Source: Callorhinchus milii (Eukaryota). Taken from it: 64,000 nucleotides of DNA. This document shows, one piece after another, positions 1 through 13,400 of this stretch. How positions within the stretch are numbered: position 1 is the first letter of the stretch; every line of letters starts with the position of its first letter. A model generated the notes under the pieces. That model ran no database searches. It had not been told where the DNA came from and worked only from the letters and a program-made list of their open reading frames with translations. Made by a program: the position numbers and the translations under genes. The stretch covers positions 1,426,001 through 1,490,000 of the forward strand of contig NW_024704743.1 in NCBI RefSeq assembly GCF_018977255.1, written 5' to 3'.

Positions 1-514
1 TGTGTGGGGGTGTGTGTGCGTGTTTTTTAAAAAAAAGTTTCATCCGTTTCAATGAATTTGGCTTTGCAAAAACACCCTCCCTAATAATAATAATAATAAT
101 CCTTGCATTTGATATAGCGCCTTTTATTGAGATGTCTCAAAGCGCTTCGCAGAATATATTGTAAAGTGAATTGACTGTATAATTTTGAGGACGAGACACG
201 GCAGCCAATTGCGCACCGCATTTACCTACAAAACACACAGTCACTACACTTTTAAAGTACATCCTTATGAAGCACTTTGAGACGTCCTCCTCTTGACACG
301 AAAGGCAATATATCAAATGGAAGTTTTTTATAAAAAATATTGTCGGTTCGGTTTATTATTTGCCACCCGTCCCTCACCCTCGAATATGCTTTCGGCCGTA
401 AATTGTGTAGCTGTTGCCGATTAATCATTCAAACACAAAATCACGGAGCAACTTGACCAGCTTTTACTTTACAGTCTTTTTTTCACATTTCTTTTATCAC
501 CGTTTTTGCACCAG

Positions 515-580
515 GATGACGATGACCGAAAGGGAAATATTATTGCGTTTCTCACAGCGTTTCTTACCTGTTTGATTCAG
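515..580 (+). CDS. SEC22C: SEC22C penultimate coding exon (DDDDRKGNIIAFLTAFLTCLIQ)
   Basis: 66 bp, phase 0/0, ccag acceptor and CAG|GTAAGT donor. Hydrophobic segment joins in frame to the next exon. Confidence 0.88.
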
Positions 581-656
581 GTAAGTCTTGTTTTTTTTTT
601 TTTAACCGACGCCGCAACACGTTGAGCCACGTTGATGTGATTAAAATTGTGCTGAC

Positions 657-985
657 CTGTAGCGTAGTGGTTAGCGTGCGTGCCTCGCAAGCAAGAGGTC
701 CCAGGTTCGATTCCTGGGCCGGATGAAACTCCATCCCGGTCAAACCCGGTTGTTAGTCGATTGCCGGGACGCTTAACACAGAGTAGTAATCCCTCCCAAA
801 CAATATAATAATAATTTTGTCTCTCAATCCACGGGTTGGGGGCACTGCTTTGCGCAATTTGACAGGTGCGCTTGCCTACAAAAATACAGTCACTCCGCTT
901 TACAGTCTCCCCTGAGGTGAAGCGCTTTTGAGATGTCCTCCTGAGGTGAAAAGGCGCTGCATCAGACGCAAGTTGTGTTGTATTA
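657..985 (+). mobile_element. tRNA-derived SINE, diverged copy in the SEC22C last intron
   Basis: A-box-like TAGCGTAGTGG, B-box GGTTCGATTCC, central domain and L2-like tail. Confidence 0.8.
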
Positions 986-1071
986 GAACCAAGACGTCCG
1001 TGTCCCCGAGGGTGAGCAGTGTGGTTTGGCGTTGAGTTGAGTCTTCACGCTGGGATCTGTTCCTTTCGCAG

Positions 1072-1272
1072 TGCTACCTGTTCCTGTTCTACATTTCTGC
1101 CAGGACGGCGAAGGCGTTGACGGCCTTTGTGATCGTCTGCCTCTGCAACCTTTATCTGTTCGGCCACCGGAACGCCTGGCAAGTGCTCTTCCACATAGGG
1201 GTGGCGTCCCTGTCCAGCCACCAGACGCTGTCGCGGAAACTTTACGAACGGCCGCCCGAGCTCGGAGTCTGA
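1072..1272 (+). CDS. SEC22C: SEC22C last coding exon (CYLFLFYISARTAKALTAFVIVCLCNLYLFGHRNAWQVLFHIGVASLSSHQTLSRKLYERPPELGV*)
   Basis: tttcgcag acceptor, 201 bp to TGA. Resembles the SEC22C C-terminal TM region (QCYLYLFY..RN.WQ.LFHIGVA.LSS.Q). SEC22C lies tail-to-tail with VIPR1 in human, as here. Confidence 0.92.
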   Translation, partial: CYLFLFYISARTAKALTAFVIVCLCNLYLFGHRNAWQVLFHIGVASLSSHQTLSRKLYERPPELGV

Positions 1273-4103
1273 CACCCAGAGGCCAGAACGTCGTCACGGC
1301 TGAGCTTTCTCGGATCTGCCTTCACTACCTTTATGAAGTTGCCGTTAGTACTTTACGGGGAGACTTAAAAGAAAAAATCAAGCCCTATAACCCATTGAAG
1401 GGGAAAGGGATTGAAATATCCCTCTTCCCACTTAAAAAAACAAGCTAGTCCCCTTATTAATAGAAGGGTGGGAGTACTCGTTGCGGAAGGAGAGGACGTT
1501 TGAACTTATTTATTCGTTGTAAATCTGTTTTTTTTTTACCTTTTCCAAACGCTCAGCGGTATCTCTTCAGAAGTCCGAGGGTATAGGAGACAGTGAGGTG
1601 TATAAACTTGCTGAGTAGTGGAGGGGAGCTATGAGGGTTTCTTTGTAAATCGGGTCATTTCAGTACTGGATTTTTTTTTAAAAAGAAAACCTGGCTCTTT
1701 GTATGTAGAAGTATGCTAAACCCTCTCCTCTCACCTTAAAGGAATCTTAAATCCCATCCAGCCCATGGGAGATGGTGGTGGAGGTCAGGAGCGTGATGAG
1801 TTTTGGGTGGGGGGTGGGTTTGGGGGTGGGGGGGCCACAGTCTCGACCCAAATTACAGCTTTTAAAACTGCCCGCGCACATGCCAGCGTTAATCAAACTG
1901 CACGTCAGTCTCTGTCGGAAGGACCACAAGGGTTGACTTGATGTGATCAGAAGGGACAGCTCGTGTGGGTGTGGGTGTGTGTGGGAGCCAGCAACAGCGA
2001 GCACTGGTTCGAGAGGCTGAATGGTCGCTCCCTGCACTAGACTTTTCTCTGAAAGACTTTCTCTGGGGGCGTTGGAAGTGTGAGGGGGGCCTGCGGGTGC
2101 TGCTCTGCCGAGATCGCGATTAACGCTGTCGGAGCCACGACGACGACAACTCACACTCGCAAAGCCCCTTTCGAGTCGGGAGGGCGTCCCAAGGGTAGGA
2201 GGGCGACCGAAGGCGCGCTCGAGAAGGAGGGTCTTGAGGCATGCATTGTAGGGAGGGAGGGAGCGAGGCGAATAGACTGTGGGATGGAGTCCCAGAGGGT
2301 GGGGGCAGGGAGGCTGAAGGCCCACCTGCTGACGGTGGAGGGGCAGTGCGGAGCCCGACAATTATTAGGAGTTAGCAGGTTACCGAGGTAGGGAGGAGCA
2401 AGGCCGTGGAGGGCTTTGAAGGCGAGGACAGGGATAGCGAGCTCCAGGATCTTTTCTCTGTGTCTCAGTGCGCTCGCTGTAGCTGCCCTGATGCACAATT
2501 TTTGTTAAAACAAAATGGGGTTCAGTTCCCCCCCCCCCCCACCCAAAAAACCCCCTCATCTTTATGATGGGAACCGAATGACTTTGCGAGACGAGTCATT
2601 TTTTTTTAACCTGTTGAATCTGCAATCGTACTCGTGACTTTTTAAAGTGTCTTTTGCTACCATTTAAATGTAAGACCGATATTGGTCGGTCAGTGGATGA
2701 AATCCTGTTGATCAGTGATTCATACGCAGCACAGAGGGAGACCATTCAGCCCATCGCGTCTGTGCCGGTTCTTTGAAAGGAGCTTCCTAATCAATCCCAC
2801 TCCCCCGCGCTCTCCCCCGTAGCCCCGCACACCTGTCCTCCCCAAATAATTATCGACTTCTCTCTTTAAAAGTCGTTAGCAAATCGATTGATTGATGAAT
2901 TTAACTGATCGGACTGAATTGCTGCGGGAACGTGGAGTGAGAGCGTAGAACGCTTTACTGTGGGAATGCTCCCTTTTTTCCAACATCGATGCTATATTCA
3001 CTAAAGCTGCACTACCCCATTGGTACTCGTCTCGTGCGCATTGTTTGCTGCTACGAGGGGAGGATTAAGATGGCAGAATTTGTCGGTCCTACCTACGCTA
3101 TGTAGTGCTGCAATACAAAGGGAATTGAAAAAACGCGGGAACTTGATAGGGGGAAAGGACGGAAAATACATTTTAGTTGTTCACTACAGCGGGGGGGGGT
3201 GGGGGAGTCAAGTCAGCGTAAGGCAAAGGGGCTCTGTGTTATATAAACGTGACAGCTGGAGTATTTAACCGGGTAAAGCTGCATCGCTTGTCGCTGTGGA
3301 ATAATGTTGGGGGTGAGGGGAGGTTGGGGGGGGGGGGTGTGAGAGCAATACATTTTTTACACCAGCTCATCATTCTGTACGCCAAAAATGTTATCGCACT
3401 AATAATAATAATACCAAGTCATGTTCTTGACCTGTTTATAAGCGCAAAGCTTTAAGCAGCTTCACCTGCTCGGGCAGCGAGTGGAGCTGTTTGGAGCGAT
3501 TGGCTGATTACGCAGCAGGAATTTGGATAGATTTTTTTTTGGGGTGGGGCGAGGGGTGGGGCGAGGGGTGGGGGGCAAAGGTTCGGGTAATCAGAAGTTG
3601 CTATTTTATTTTACGACAGTGAAAGAATCTATTGTAAAAGATTTTTTTTTTTAACGACATCAATTCCAGGAAGAGAGATGGGAGATCTAAAATCGTGACG
3701 TTAAAATTGCGTCTGAAGGTTATTTATGCAACCGGACAAATGTCATCACCTTTGAAGAACAAATGAGATAGATTTCTGGAAGGAAATAATATCTCGGGGT
3801 GGGGGTGCGGGGGTGGGAGGGGGATACCGTGTACAGTTTGGGGCACGACATATTCGAGCGACTGCCAGGACGGTTGGAAGGTGAACTGTATGGACTTTGT
3901 TCTTCTTTTCCTCTGAGCAAATTCTTGAATTCTTACGTCGCTGTTGTTTACGAATGTTCCCCCCCCCTCACCCCCCCCACCCCCGGGGTTGTTTTTTTTC
4001 ATTATTGCACTGCCCTACAAGGCGCGTTGAGAATTTTATACAGGTCTGTTCTTGTTGTCGCATGTCGGACGTGAGTTTCAAGGGGGGGGGAATGACTGAG
4101 GAA

Positions 4104-4109
4104 AATAAA
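4104..4109 (+). terminator. Candidate SEC22C polyadenylation signal
   Basis: AATAAA followed by U/GU-rich sequence at the end of an AT-rich UTR-like stretch. Confidence 0.35.
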
Positions 4110-5564
4110 CGCCGATTCTGTCACTTTTATTTCCGGAACGCTGTGTTTAGCTCTGTTCCCGGCGTACGCGCATTACTAAACAAGTTGGGAAAACATTCCT
4201 TGTTCCACACCGACGCGCACACACACACACACCCACACGCCTCTGTTCAGCCAACAGTAAGTTAATTGTTAATCGATGGGTGGATCGCTTTACGGGGTGG
4301 GCGGGGGGGTAATAATCCCTCCCCCAAAAATAAAAACAATAGATAATAATTGGTCACTCAATCCACAACTGTTTGCGGGGACCCCCCCCCCCCCCCCCCG
4401 CTACAGTATATCATGCGAAGCGCTTTGAGACGTCTCGACCACGTGTTCAGGCGTTATATCAAATGTGGGGATTATGATTAAGATTCCCACTGTGTCATTT
4501 TGAAGAGCTCTGACCTGTGTACAGGACGATAAGATCATGCTCTCTTCCTGATATCTCTCCCCCCCCCCCCCCCACCCCCCACAAAACAACAAAGCCAGTC
4601 TGGGAGGTTGATGGAATAGATTAGCCGTACATTTGCCTACATCGTACACCTAGTCGTTATCGCTCGAAGCAATTCATTTAATTCAAAGGACTTTTGACCT
4701 GAGGAGCTGTGATGTGAAATGCAAAGTGAGGGAGTTTGTAATATAAAGTTTCTCTCTTTTCCTTTTGCCGCGCGCGTAGCAATAGTGATGTTTTTATAAA
4801 GTATTCCATGGGATTGTAGGGGAGAAGGTAACAAACGATGCCTGGGGTTGATGATGGTGGGGTTTGGGGTCGGGGGTGGTAGGCAAAGGGCAGGAAATCC
4901 TATTAAAACCAGGGCAGAAAATTTATAAGTGGGGAGAAGGGAAGGAAAGGCAGGAAATTAAATCGCAAAGTGGCGATATGATATGGTCGAGGTATTCACA
5001 GTCATGAAAAGAATTGATGGGTTGACGTTAAGCCCAGGTCCCAATAGACTGGCCAGGCGGATGTTGAAGGTCCCATGGCACTATTTGAAAGAGAGTTTCT
5101 CTCTCTCTCTCGGTGTCCTGGCCAACAATCCCCCAGCTAAAATTGATCTCTCTTCCCCCCCCTCCCCCACCACCACCCCAAGGCTGTTTGCGGGACCTTG
5201 CCTGCAAATACACAAGTCACTGCACTTCACGGCAAGTCCCGCGAAGCACTTTGAGACGTCCTTCTGACGGGATCAGGCGCTATAGCAAATGCAAGGTGGT
5301 TAGAACTGAGACAATCTGCACCTGAAGGCTTTGGAGGAGTGTGTGGGGGGGGGGGGGGTCATGTTCCAGGCTGACACTCCCAACGCAGTGCTGGGGAGGA
5401 GATGTACAATGTTGGAAGAGCTGTCATTTGGATGGGACCTTAAGCCAAAGTCCGAGAGATCCTGGGCACTAATTTGACAAGAGAAGGGAGTTTCTCCCTG
5501 GGTAAAGTTGGCCGCTCACTTCATGTCTGTCTGTGGGACGCTGCCGTCTTTGCCCACGAGAAAC

Positions 5565-5957
5565 ATAATAATGATCCTTGCCTTGGATCCAGCGCCCTAT
5601 CACGTGGTCGAGACGTCTCGAAAGAGCTTCACAAAATATACTGTAAACCAAATCGACCATCTTGTGGGCGAAACGCGGCAGCCGATTGCGCACAGCAGCG
5701 TCCCCACAAACAGCCGCGGATTGAAGCGACCAATTTATATCTTTTTTAAAGGAATTATTATCCCCGGAATAGCGATCCGCCAATGGACTAACAACCGGGT
5801 TCCTACTGACTGCCGGTAAACAGAGGCGCGTGTGTATGTGTGTGTGTGGAGTAAGGAAACTTGCCCAATGTCTCGCCCTGACCTGCCCGGGAATCAAACC
5901 CGGGGTCCTCTCGCTCGCGAGGCGAGAGCTCTAACCCCTGAACTCCAGGGACTCCAC
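5565..5957 (-). mobile_element. tRNA(Ala-like)/Deu/L2-tail SINE, near full length
   Basis: tRNA-like head, (CA)n linker, GCTGTTTGTGGGGACGCTGCTGTGCGCAAT core, (TAT)n tail. About 60 fragments of the family counted by eye across the window. Confidence 0.85.
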
Positions 5958-8900
5958 ATACAACATACGCACAGTCGTACTGTTCTCGCTGGGAAAACTT
6001 GCCGGACACTGCTTTCAATGGTAAGCAATGTGGCTTCAGTTGGTTAAGCTCCAGCAGTCGTTACCCTTTATAGTTAAATCCTGTGAAGGGCTTTGCGACA
6101 TATGTGAGATTCTTACATTATTCTCCTTTCTGAGTGCAAGTTGGGAAAGTGCTCAGAACGGAACTTCACACACTGTGGATTACCCCAGGAGGGAAGCGAG
6201 GTACAAGTCGCAATTCACACCTGCGAGGATAGGCGAGAGGCAGAGAATTCTCACCCGGGTTTGGGGGGCGAGACTCCAGCGCGGTGCTGGGTTTCCGACT
6301 GTGTATCAGACACCCGGCGAACAGTCCTGTTTTAGGAAAAGAACACGGAAACGCGCAGAGACGCTTACAATTTGGTCGCACAATCCAGGACTGTTGGTGG
6401 GGGACGCTGCTGTGCGCAATCTGTGCTGTGCCCCGTTTGGCCACACGAGATACCCAGTCGATCGGCGTCACGATATATTCGGTGAAGCGCTTTGAGACGT
6501 CTCTCGACAACGTGACGAGGCGATATATCCAATGCGAGGATTATTATTGGTATTATTGGCGGCAGGGGGTGGCGTAGGGGAACCGGAGGCATGATTCCCT
6601 CTCCCTAACTCTGGGAATGTCTCCCTCTGGCTCAGCTGAGCCAACATCGCACACCAAGACTTGAATCAGCGAACATCCACCGCGCCGTTGAGGCTGACCC
6701 CGGTTACGCCACTCGCAATAATTATAACATTCGATGCAGGGCCTCGTCACGTCTGCGAGGCGTCTCAAAGCGCTTAAAGTGGAGTGACCGTGTATGTTGT
6801 GGGCGGAACGCGGCAGCCAATCACCCGGGGCGGTGCCCCCACCAACAGCCGTGGATTGAGTCACCCATTTAATATTATTGGGGTTTTTTCTTTCAAGCGA
6901 TTCTTATTCCTCGACGCTGAATTCCGTCGGTGTTTCCGCGTGTTTCACCGATGCGTGGGAATATCTCTCGCGCGTCGCACCACCGCCGTCGGGTCCCGGC
7001 AAAATCCAACGCCCACCGCAATCTTTTTGGCGAGCCGTGCCGCCAATCTTTTCGGCTTCGGCGGGTGAGAGTTCCCGCCCGCGAAATCGGCAGCCGAGTC
7101 CGCTTTGCGGTCTACACCCTGCGGAGAGCCTTCGAGACGTCCACAACGACGTGATGAGGCGCTGTATCAAACCCAAGGATTATTACTCTTATTATTATTA
7201 TTAAACCGAGGTCCCGTCTGCCGGTTCCGGTCGACTTGTAGGCGTGAGTGATGTGGACCACCAGGTGGTGATGTTTCCCAACTCAAAGAGGCAGTAAAGT
7301 GCGAGGACCTTGAACGCCGATGGGAGTAATAATAATAATAATAATAATAATCCCGGCGTTTCACGTCTTCTCGACGTCTCAAAGCGCTTCACGGAATAGA
7401 CCGTGAAATGAATTGACCGTGTATTTGTGGGCGAGTAATGAGCTGTGTTAGACTTGGGCAGAGATGGGGGGGAAGGCGGAGGTGGGGGAAACCTTGAAAG
7501 GGGGGACCTTACAGATGGGACAAGGAGCCAGGGACTTGACGTTCTGGAACAACAACGTACATTAACGTATATTCCCACCCCCCACCCCCCCCCGCGCACG
7601 GCAGCGTCTCGGAACCCGCTTGACAAGAGGCACCGGCTTTGCTTCTGTTTGCCTATCTCAACCTCTTTCTGTTTGGGAACGATTAATGGATTGGACGAAG
7701 TTGAGACAGAGAGAGGGAACGAAAAAAAAACTCTTGGCATTTTTACAGCGCCCTCCGTCACATCTGGAAGCACTTTACCGTGATTGACGTTAAGTGCAGC
7801 GACTGATCTTTGCAGTTATTTTGCACCCGGCCCAGACCCGCGGCCCGTGAAGAAAGCCCTTTGCGATGTGCCTCGCGTTCCTCGGTTCCCTTAACTCGGT
7901 GTCATCTGCGGATTAGGCTGTTTGTGGAGACGTCGCTGTGCGCCGTTCGCTGCCGGGCGCGATCGCCCACAAAATACGCAGTCACTACGAGTTACATTAT
8001 ATCCCGTGAAGCGCTTTGAGACGTCTCGAAGACCTGATAAGGCGCTGTGTCAAATGCCGGGATTATTATTATTATTATCTGCCTTTCGATTTGAACTTAT
8101 GCAGTGCTTGTCACGACGTAGAGTGTTAAAGCGCTTGTAACATAACATTATCCTAATAAGAATCTTTGCGACAATAATCCCGGTTTGCGGAGTGTGGAGC
8201 CGGAGAGCTGACGGACTACTACAACACAACACGTTGAACTTACACAGCGCCCTTCACGCAAGGCAGAGTCCCGGAGCGCTTAACAGTGACGGAGCCTGAC
8301 TCCGAGCCGGGTGGTGGGGTGGGGGGAGGGAGTGACCATAAGCACGGTCGACGAGGAAGGTCTTCAGTCTTAAGAGAGGGGAAGGAGGGGGGAATTGGGG
8401 GGAGACTGAGCGCCGACGGTTCGGGGTGCAGCGGCTGAAAGCGCGGCCTCCGGTGGTGGGTGGGGGGTGGGGGGCGAGGGGACGAGCAGGAAGCCAGAGC
8501 CAGCCGAGCAGAGGCAGTGGGTGTTGGAGAGGGGGGTTAAGCAGTTCGGGAAGGTAGGGAGGAAGGGATCTGTGGAGGAGTGAGAGGATCTGGGAGATCG
8601 TTCCGTTCTAATCTTCCTCGGGTCCAGTTCAGCGCAACAATTAACAGTCATTAATTACCCAGCGAGGCACCTGACGACCGGCGAGTTTGTCGTTGTCTCA
8701 GCGATGGGAGAGTCGGGTGGATCGGCAGGAGATGACAGAGTGTGGAATCGCTCTGTCCCGAGAGTCAGGGGGTTGTGGGTTCAAGCCTTAAATTTGGGAC
8801 GTGGAACTCGCTGACGCGAAACGAGAGGGGAATTTCTCTCTCCCGGTGTCCTGGCCGATACCCCCCCAAATACAATACGTCATTCGCTCCACAACAATAA

Positions 8901-9552
8901 TAAATAATAATAATAATAATCCTCGCATTTGATACAACACCTTATCGTGTCCTCCACTTTGTCTCAAAGCGCTTCACACTGTAAAGTGTAGTGACTGTGT
9001 ATTTCGTGGCTGTTTGCGGTCCTCTACTGCGTGTAAACCGTTCGCCCTCTGACCACACGCAGTCACTGCGCTTTGAGAGTAAATCACGTGAACCGGTTTA
9101 GGACGTCCAGTTGAAGTGAGAGGCGCTATATTAAATGTAAAGATTAATGTTACTCCAGACGCCCTGTGGTTTGACCCGCAGGGGGGACACTAGTCTTACG
9201 ATGATTTGCTTGAATTGATTCAGCTCTTAGGCTTGGCTGGTTTCCCAGCGTCGCTCACTAAGTGGTGGAGCATCTTGTGACAGATTAAGTCCAAATGTTA
9301 CCTAAGTGAGTCACCTTCTTTATCAGTTGGGCCTCTCCATCTTAGCGATGGCTTTCAACTTTCCCCGCGATTGGTTTTACCGCTTTCCTCAGTCGCTACG
9401 TCTCCAATTCCCTGAGAGCCCCACTTGGAAATTTAGTGCCGGAGAAATGGGCAGCGCACAAGATGCCCATTCGAGCTCTTTTGAAGAGAAATCCTTTCCC
9501 CTATTTGTATTTACCTGCCCTTTGCCCATAACCTTGTAGTTAACTCCTTATA

Positions 9553-9903
9553 CCCTGTAGCTCAGTGGTTAGAGCACTCGCCTTGCAAGCGAGAGGACCC
9601 GGGTTCGATTCCAGGGCGGGACGAAACGTTGGTCAAGTTTCCTCACTCCACACGTCTCTGTTTACCAACAGTGAGTAACGGTTATTAGTCAATTGGCGGA
9701 TCAGTGTTCCTGGGGTAATAATTCCTTCAAAAGAAATAATAATAATGAATTGGTCAGTCAACCCGCGGCTGTTTGCGGGGGGAACGCTGCTGTGCGCGAT
9801 CGACTGCCCGCGTTTCGCCCACAAACACACAGTCGATTCACCTTACAGCGTATCCTGCGAAGCGCTTTGAGTCGGCTCGAAGATGTGATGAGGCGCCGTG
9901 TCA
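9553..9903 (+). mobile_element. tRNA/Deu/L2-tail SINE
   Basis: Intact A box TAGCTCAGTGG, CTTGCAA anticodon-like loop and B box GGTTCGATTCC. Confidence 0.85.
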
Positions 9904-10039
9904 CAGAATATGTAATATATAATAAACAATAACAATATATTGCGATGGGCGGGTGCGTTTTGCCCACAAAATACACAGTCAAAGTCCGTGAAGCGCTTCG
10001 AGGCATCTCAATGAAATGATAAGGTGCTGTATCAAATAA

Positions 10040-10368
10040 ATAATAATAATAATAATAATAATCCTTGCATTTGATATAGCGCTTTTCACGTCGGGAGGAC
10101 GTCCCAAAGCGCTTCACAGAATATACTGTAAAGTGAATTGACTGTATATTTGTTGGCGAACGCGGCAGCCAATTGCGCACAGCAATGTCCCACAAACAGT
10201 CGTAGATTGAAAATGACCAATTTATTATTGTTTTGGTTTTTGGAGGGATTATTATTAGGCTCTGTGTGGAGTAAGGAAACTTGCCCAAGGTTTCGCCCTG
10301 CCTGGAAATGAACCCAGGTGTCTTGCTTGCAAAGCAAGTGCTCTAACCACTGAGCTACAGGACTCCAC
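10040..10368 (-). mobile_element. tRNA/Deu/L2-tail SINE, internally deleted
   Basis: Same family, inverted relative to the copy at 9553. Confidence 0.8.
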
Positions 10369-10381
10369 AAATACAAGAATG

Positions 10382-10412
<31 letters not shown>

Positions 10413-13400
10413 GGGAGTGAATGACCGATTTATCGGGAGGATTGCTCTGAGACTAGAAACAACTCCCTTCCAAAAGTCCTCCTTTACTCCCTTTCAGATC
10501 TTCTCTTATCCAGCTCATGTTTACGTGGTGCTACAATTCAACGAACGCAGCTTATTATTAACCGAATACTTTGCGAGAGAAAGGCTCAGCGATCAATAGA
10601 TAATAACGGCATCGCCTCCGGCTCCTAACAAAAGACTAAAAGGCTGAAATCCTGGGTGTTGGTCATATTGGTGATCGTTTGTGCTCAAAGCTCTCCTGTT
10701 CAAGCCCTTATCTGTAGTCCATCATTTCTTGTTTTAGATTATTATTTAATGAAAAGACTCTATAAAAGTCTTGGAACGAACAGGTGCTTATTAAAGCACA
10801 AAGGAGGGTAATACTTGGGACAAAGACTGTCTGTCTCTCTCCTGATGAAGGTGGAGAAACACGCCCACGCTTCGAGACAAAAAAAAATAATCCCCCGGTA
10901 ATTTTCTCGCAACGATTTTTGAAAGCGTCTTCGGTTGTTCGATGGGCGTCAGATAGGCTTTCTCTGGGGGTGGGGGCGAGGGGTTGGAGGGGGCATGTGG
11001 AGGTGGAGTGGTGCGGGGTGGGGGAGGGCGGTGGGGGGTGGTGCTGGGATGTCAGACTGTCTCAAGCAAATCCCGGAGTCTCCCGTCGCTCAGCTAAAAC
11101 AATAATAATAATCATAATAATCCTTGTATTAGATACAGCGCCTCATCACGTTGTTGAGACGTCTCAAAGCGCTTCGCAGAATAAACCGTAAAGTGTAGTG
11201 ACCGTGTACTTTGTGGGCAAAAACTCGGCAGCCAAAATTGCGCACAGCAGCGACCCCACAAACAGCGGTGGATTGAGTGACCAAATTTTGTTGTTGTAGG
11301 GATTATTACCTAATTATTATTAAAACCAAACAGTTTACCATCGATAGCGCTGTCCGGCCAGGTTTCCCGCTGCTTGTCCGGCTGGGACCCCCCTCCCCGT
11401 TAGTCAGGGCTTCGGCTGTGGGGTTACCAGGAGCCGAGGGGGAGGATTCCCTGCCCCCAGTGACCGGTCGGCCCTTCCAGGTCCTCCCGATGGATGAGCT
11501 GAGCCGGGCTGTGCCGCCATCAGCAGTCAGTGCCCTGGGATACTGCGGCCCCTCCTGGCTCAGGACCCGGGGGCTGGAGACCGGCACAGAGGGTGGGGGT
11601 GGGGGGAGAGGGGCTCGATTCTGACATTCTGTTGGCAAAGATGTCACCTCGGAGTCAGTTCAGCTGCGAAAAGACCCCACTTACCTCCCCCCCCCCCCGA
11701 AGGAGCTTATCAATTGACTCCCTTTTTGATATCCCAGATCGCAGCTCAGGACAAACCGTCGGGAGGCGAATGATTGGCAGAAGATTATTAAAGCAATTCA
11801 GAATTCTGAGGAGCTGCTGCACTTTATACATTATATTTATATATAAAGAGAAGTTTCCTGACCCCCGACTCGCTGACTCACTGGGAATAAAATTTAAAAC
11901 CACTTATCTGTAAAACGGCGAGAGAGTTGTCTCTAGATTTGTGTAGATTTGTGTATATGTATTCATTCATTCATTCATTCATTTATTTATCTATTTATCT
12001 ATTTATTATTTATCTATTTATCTGCGCAGTTGGGCTATTATTCAGTAATGAAAATCCTCAGTTGGATTAAATCAGCCGGGAATTGAAAGCTGAGAGAGAC
12101 GGGACGAGGGGACAGGGAATTTATAGCAATAAATAATATAAAAATAATAACACTACTTAGACTTGACTTATCGCGTCTTCAAGACGTCTCAAAGCGCTTC
12201 ACAGATTATACTGTAAAGTGAATCGACTGTGGGCGAAATGTGGAGCCAATTGCGCACAGCAGCGTCCCCACAAACAGCCGTGGTTTTGAGCGACCAAATT
12301 ATAATTTTTTTGGAAGGGATTATTATTACACCGGGAAAAGCCATCCTCCATCCTTTCGGCCTCTATTAGTTGTCGATCGGGGGAATAAGCAGCATTGACT
12401 AAACCACAACACGTTACACTTATACAGTGTCGAGAGGATGTCTTAAAGACCCCAAGACCCTCCTCTTCGACCAACCATGCCTTCAGTCACCCTCCTGCCC
12501 CCTCCCCTCCCCTCCCCGCTCCCTCCACCCCCTCCTGATCCCAATCCACCAGCTCGGGTGAGGATCCCTGACTGTCCTGACGTGAGAGACGCTGTGTGTA
12601 AATGCCGTGTGTTGTTATTGTGGGGTAATTTGTGCTCTGCAGTGTCCCACAAACAGCCGTGGAGCGAGCGACCAATTTTATTTTGGGTTACTGTTGGCCA
12701 GGACCCATGCGTGGGGGGGGGAGGTTTTAACGTCCATCTGAACAGGCGAACGGTTTAATAAATAATAATAAATAATAACATTTGAAGGACACCGCCTTCA
12801 CCAATGTAATGCTCCCCCCGAGCGCTGAGCTGGACTGTGGTCTCTGTGTGTGTTTCTCTCACTCTCTGTCTCTCTCTCTCTCTGTCTCTCTCTGTCTCTT
12901 TTGCTTTGTTCTCTGTTCTCTTTCTCTTCACTGTGTTTTTTCTCTCCAACTTTCCCTCTTGCACTCTACTCTCCCTTTACATTTTCTCTTCGTCTTCAAG
13001 CCTCCCCTCTCCATCCTTTTCCTCTCTCTCTTTTTCCTCTTTCTTCTTTTCTGCCTTTCTCTCTTTCTCACTCTCCCCCCCCTTCCCTCTAACTCTCTCT
13101 CTCTGTTTCTTTTATAGGAAAAAACGGGCACTGCAATCCCCGGCTGTTTGTGGGGACGCTGCTGTGCGCAATTGGCCGCCGCGTTTCACCCAAAAAAACA
13201 CAGTCACTATGTTTTACAGTATAATCTGTGAAGCGCTTTGAGACGTCGCGAAGACGTGATGAGGCACAATAACAAATGCAAGGATTATTGTCATTATATT
13301 CGCTTTCTCGCTCCTGTCTTTCATCCTGTTCCCGTCCGTCCGTCCGTCCGTCTGTCTCTCTGTTTCCCTCTCTCGCCGTTCTCTTTGTCTCTTCCTCTCT

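Noticed and set aside
657..725. tRNA-like sequences here and at 9553, 19665, 22313, 24418 and others
   Set aside because: They are SINE heads that run into the SINE body, with no closed acceptor stem or oligo-T terminator.
1071..1448. 125-aa ORF from the track
   Set aside because: Wrong frame. The SEC22C exon is read from 1072.
10835..10880. CTGATGA..GAAAC hammerhead/Penelope-like motif
   Set aside because: No convincing stem II closing onto GAAA and no stem III or cleavage site. At best a degenerate remnant.
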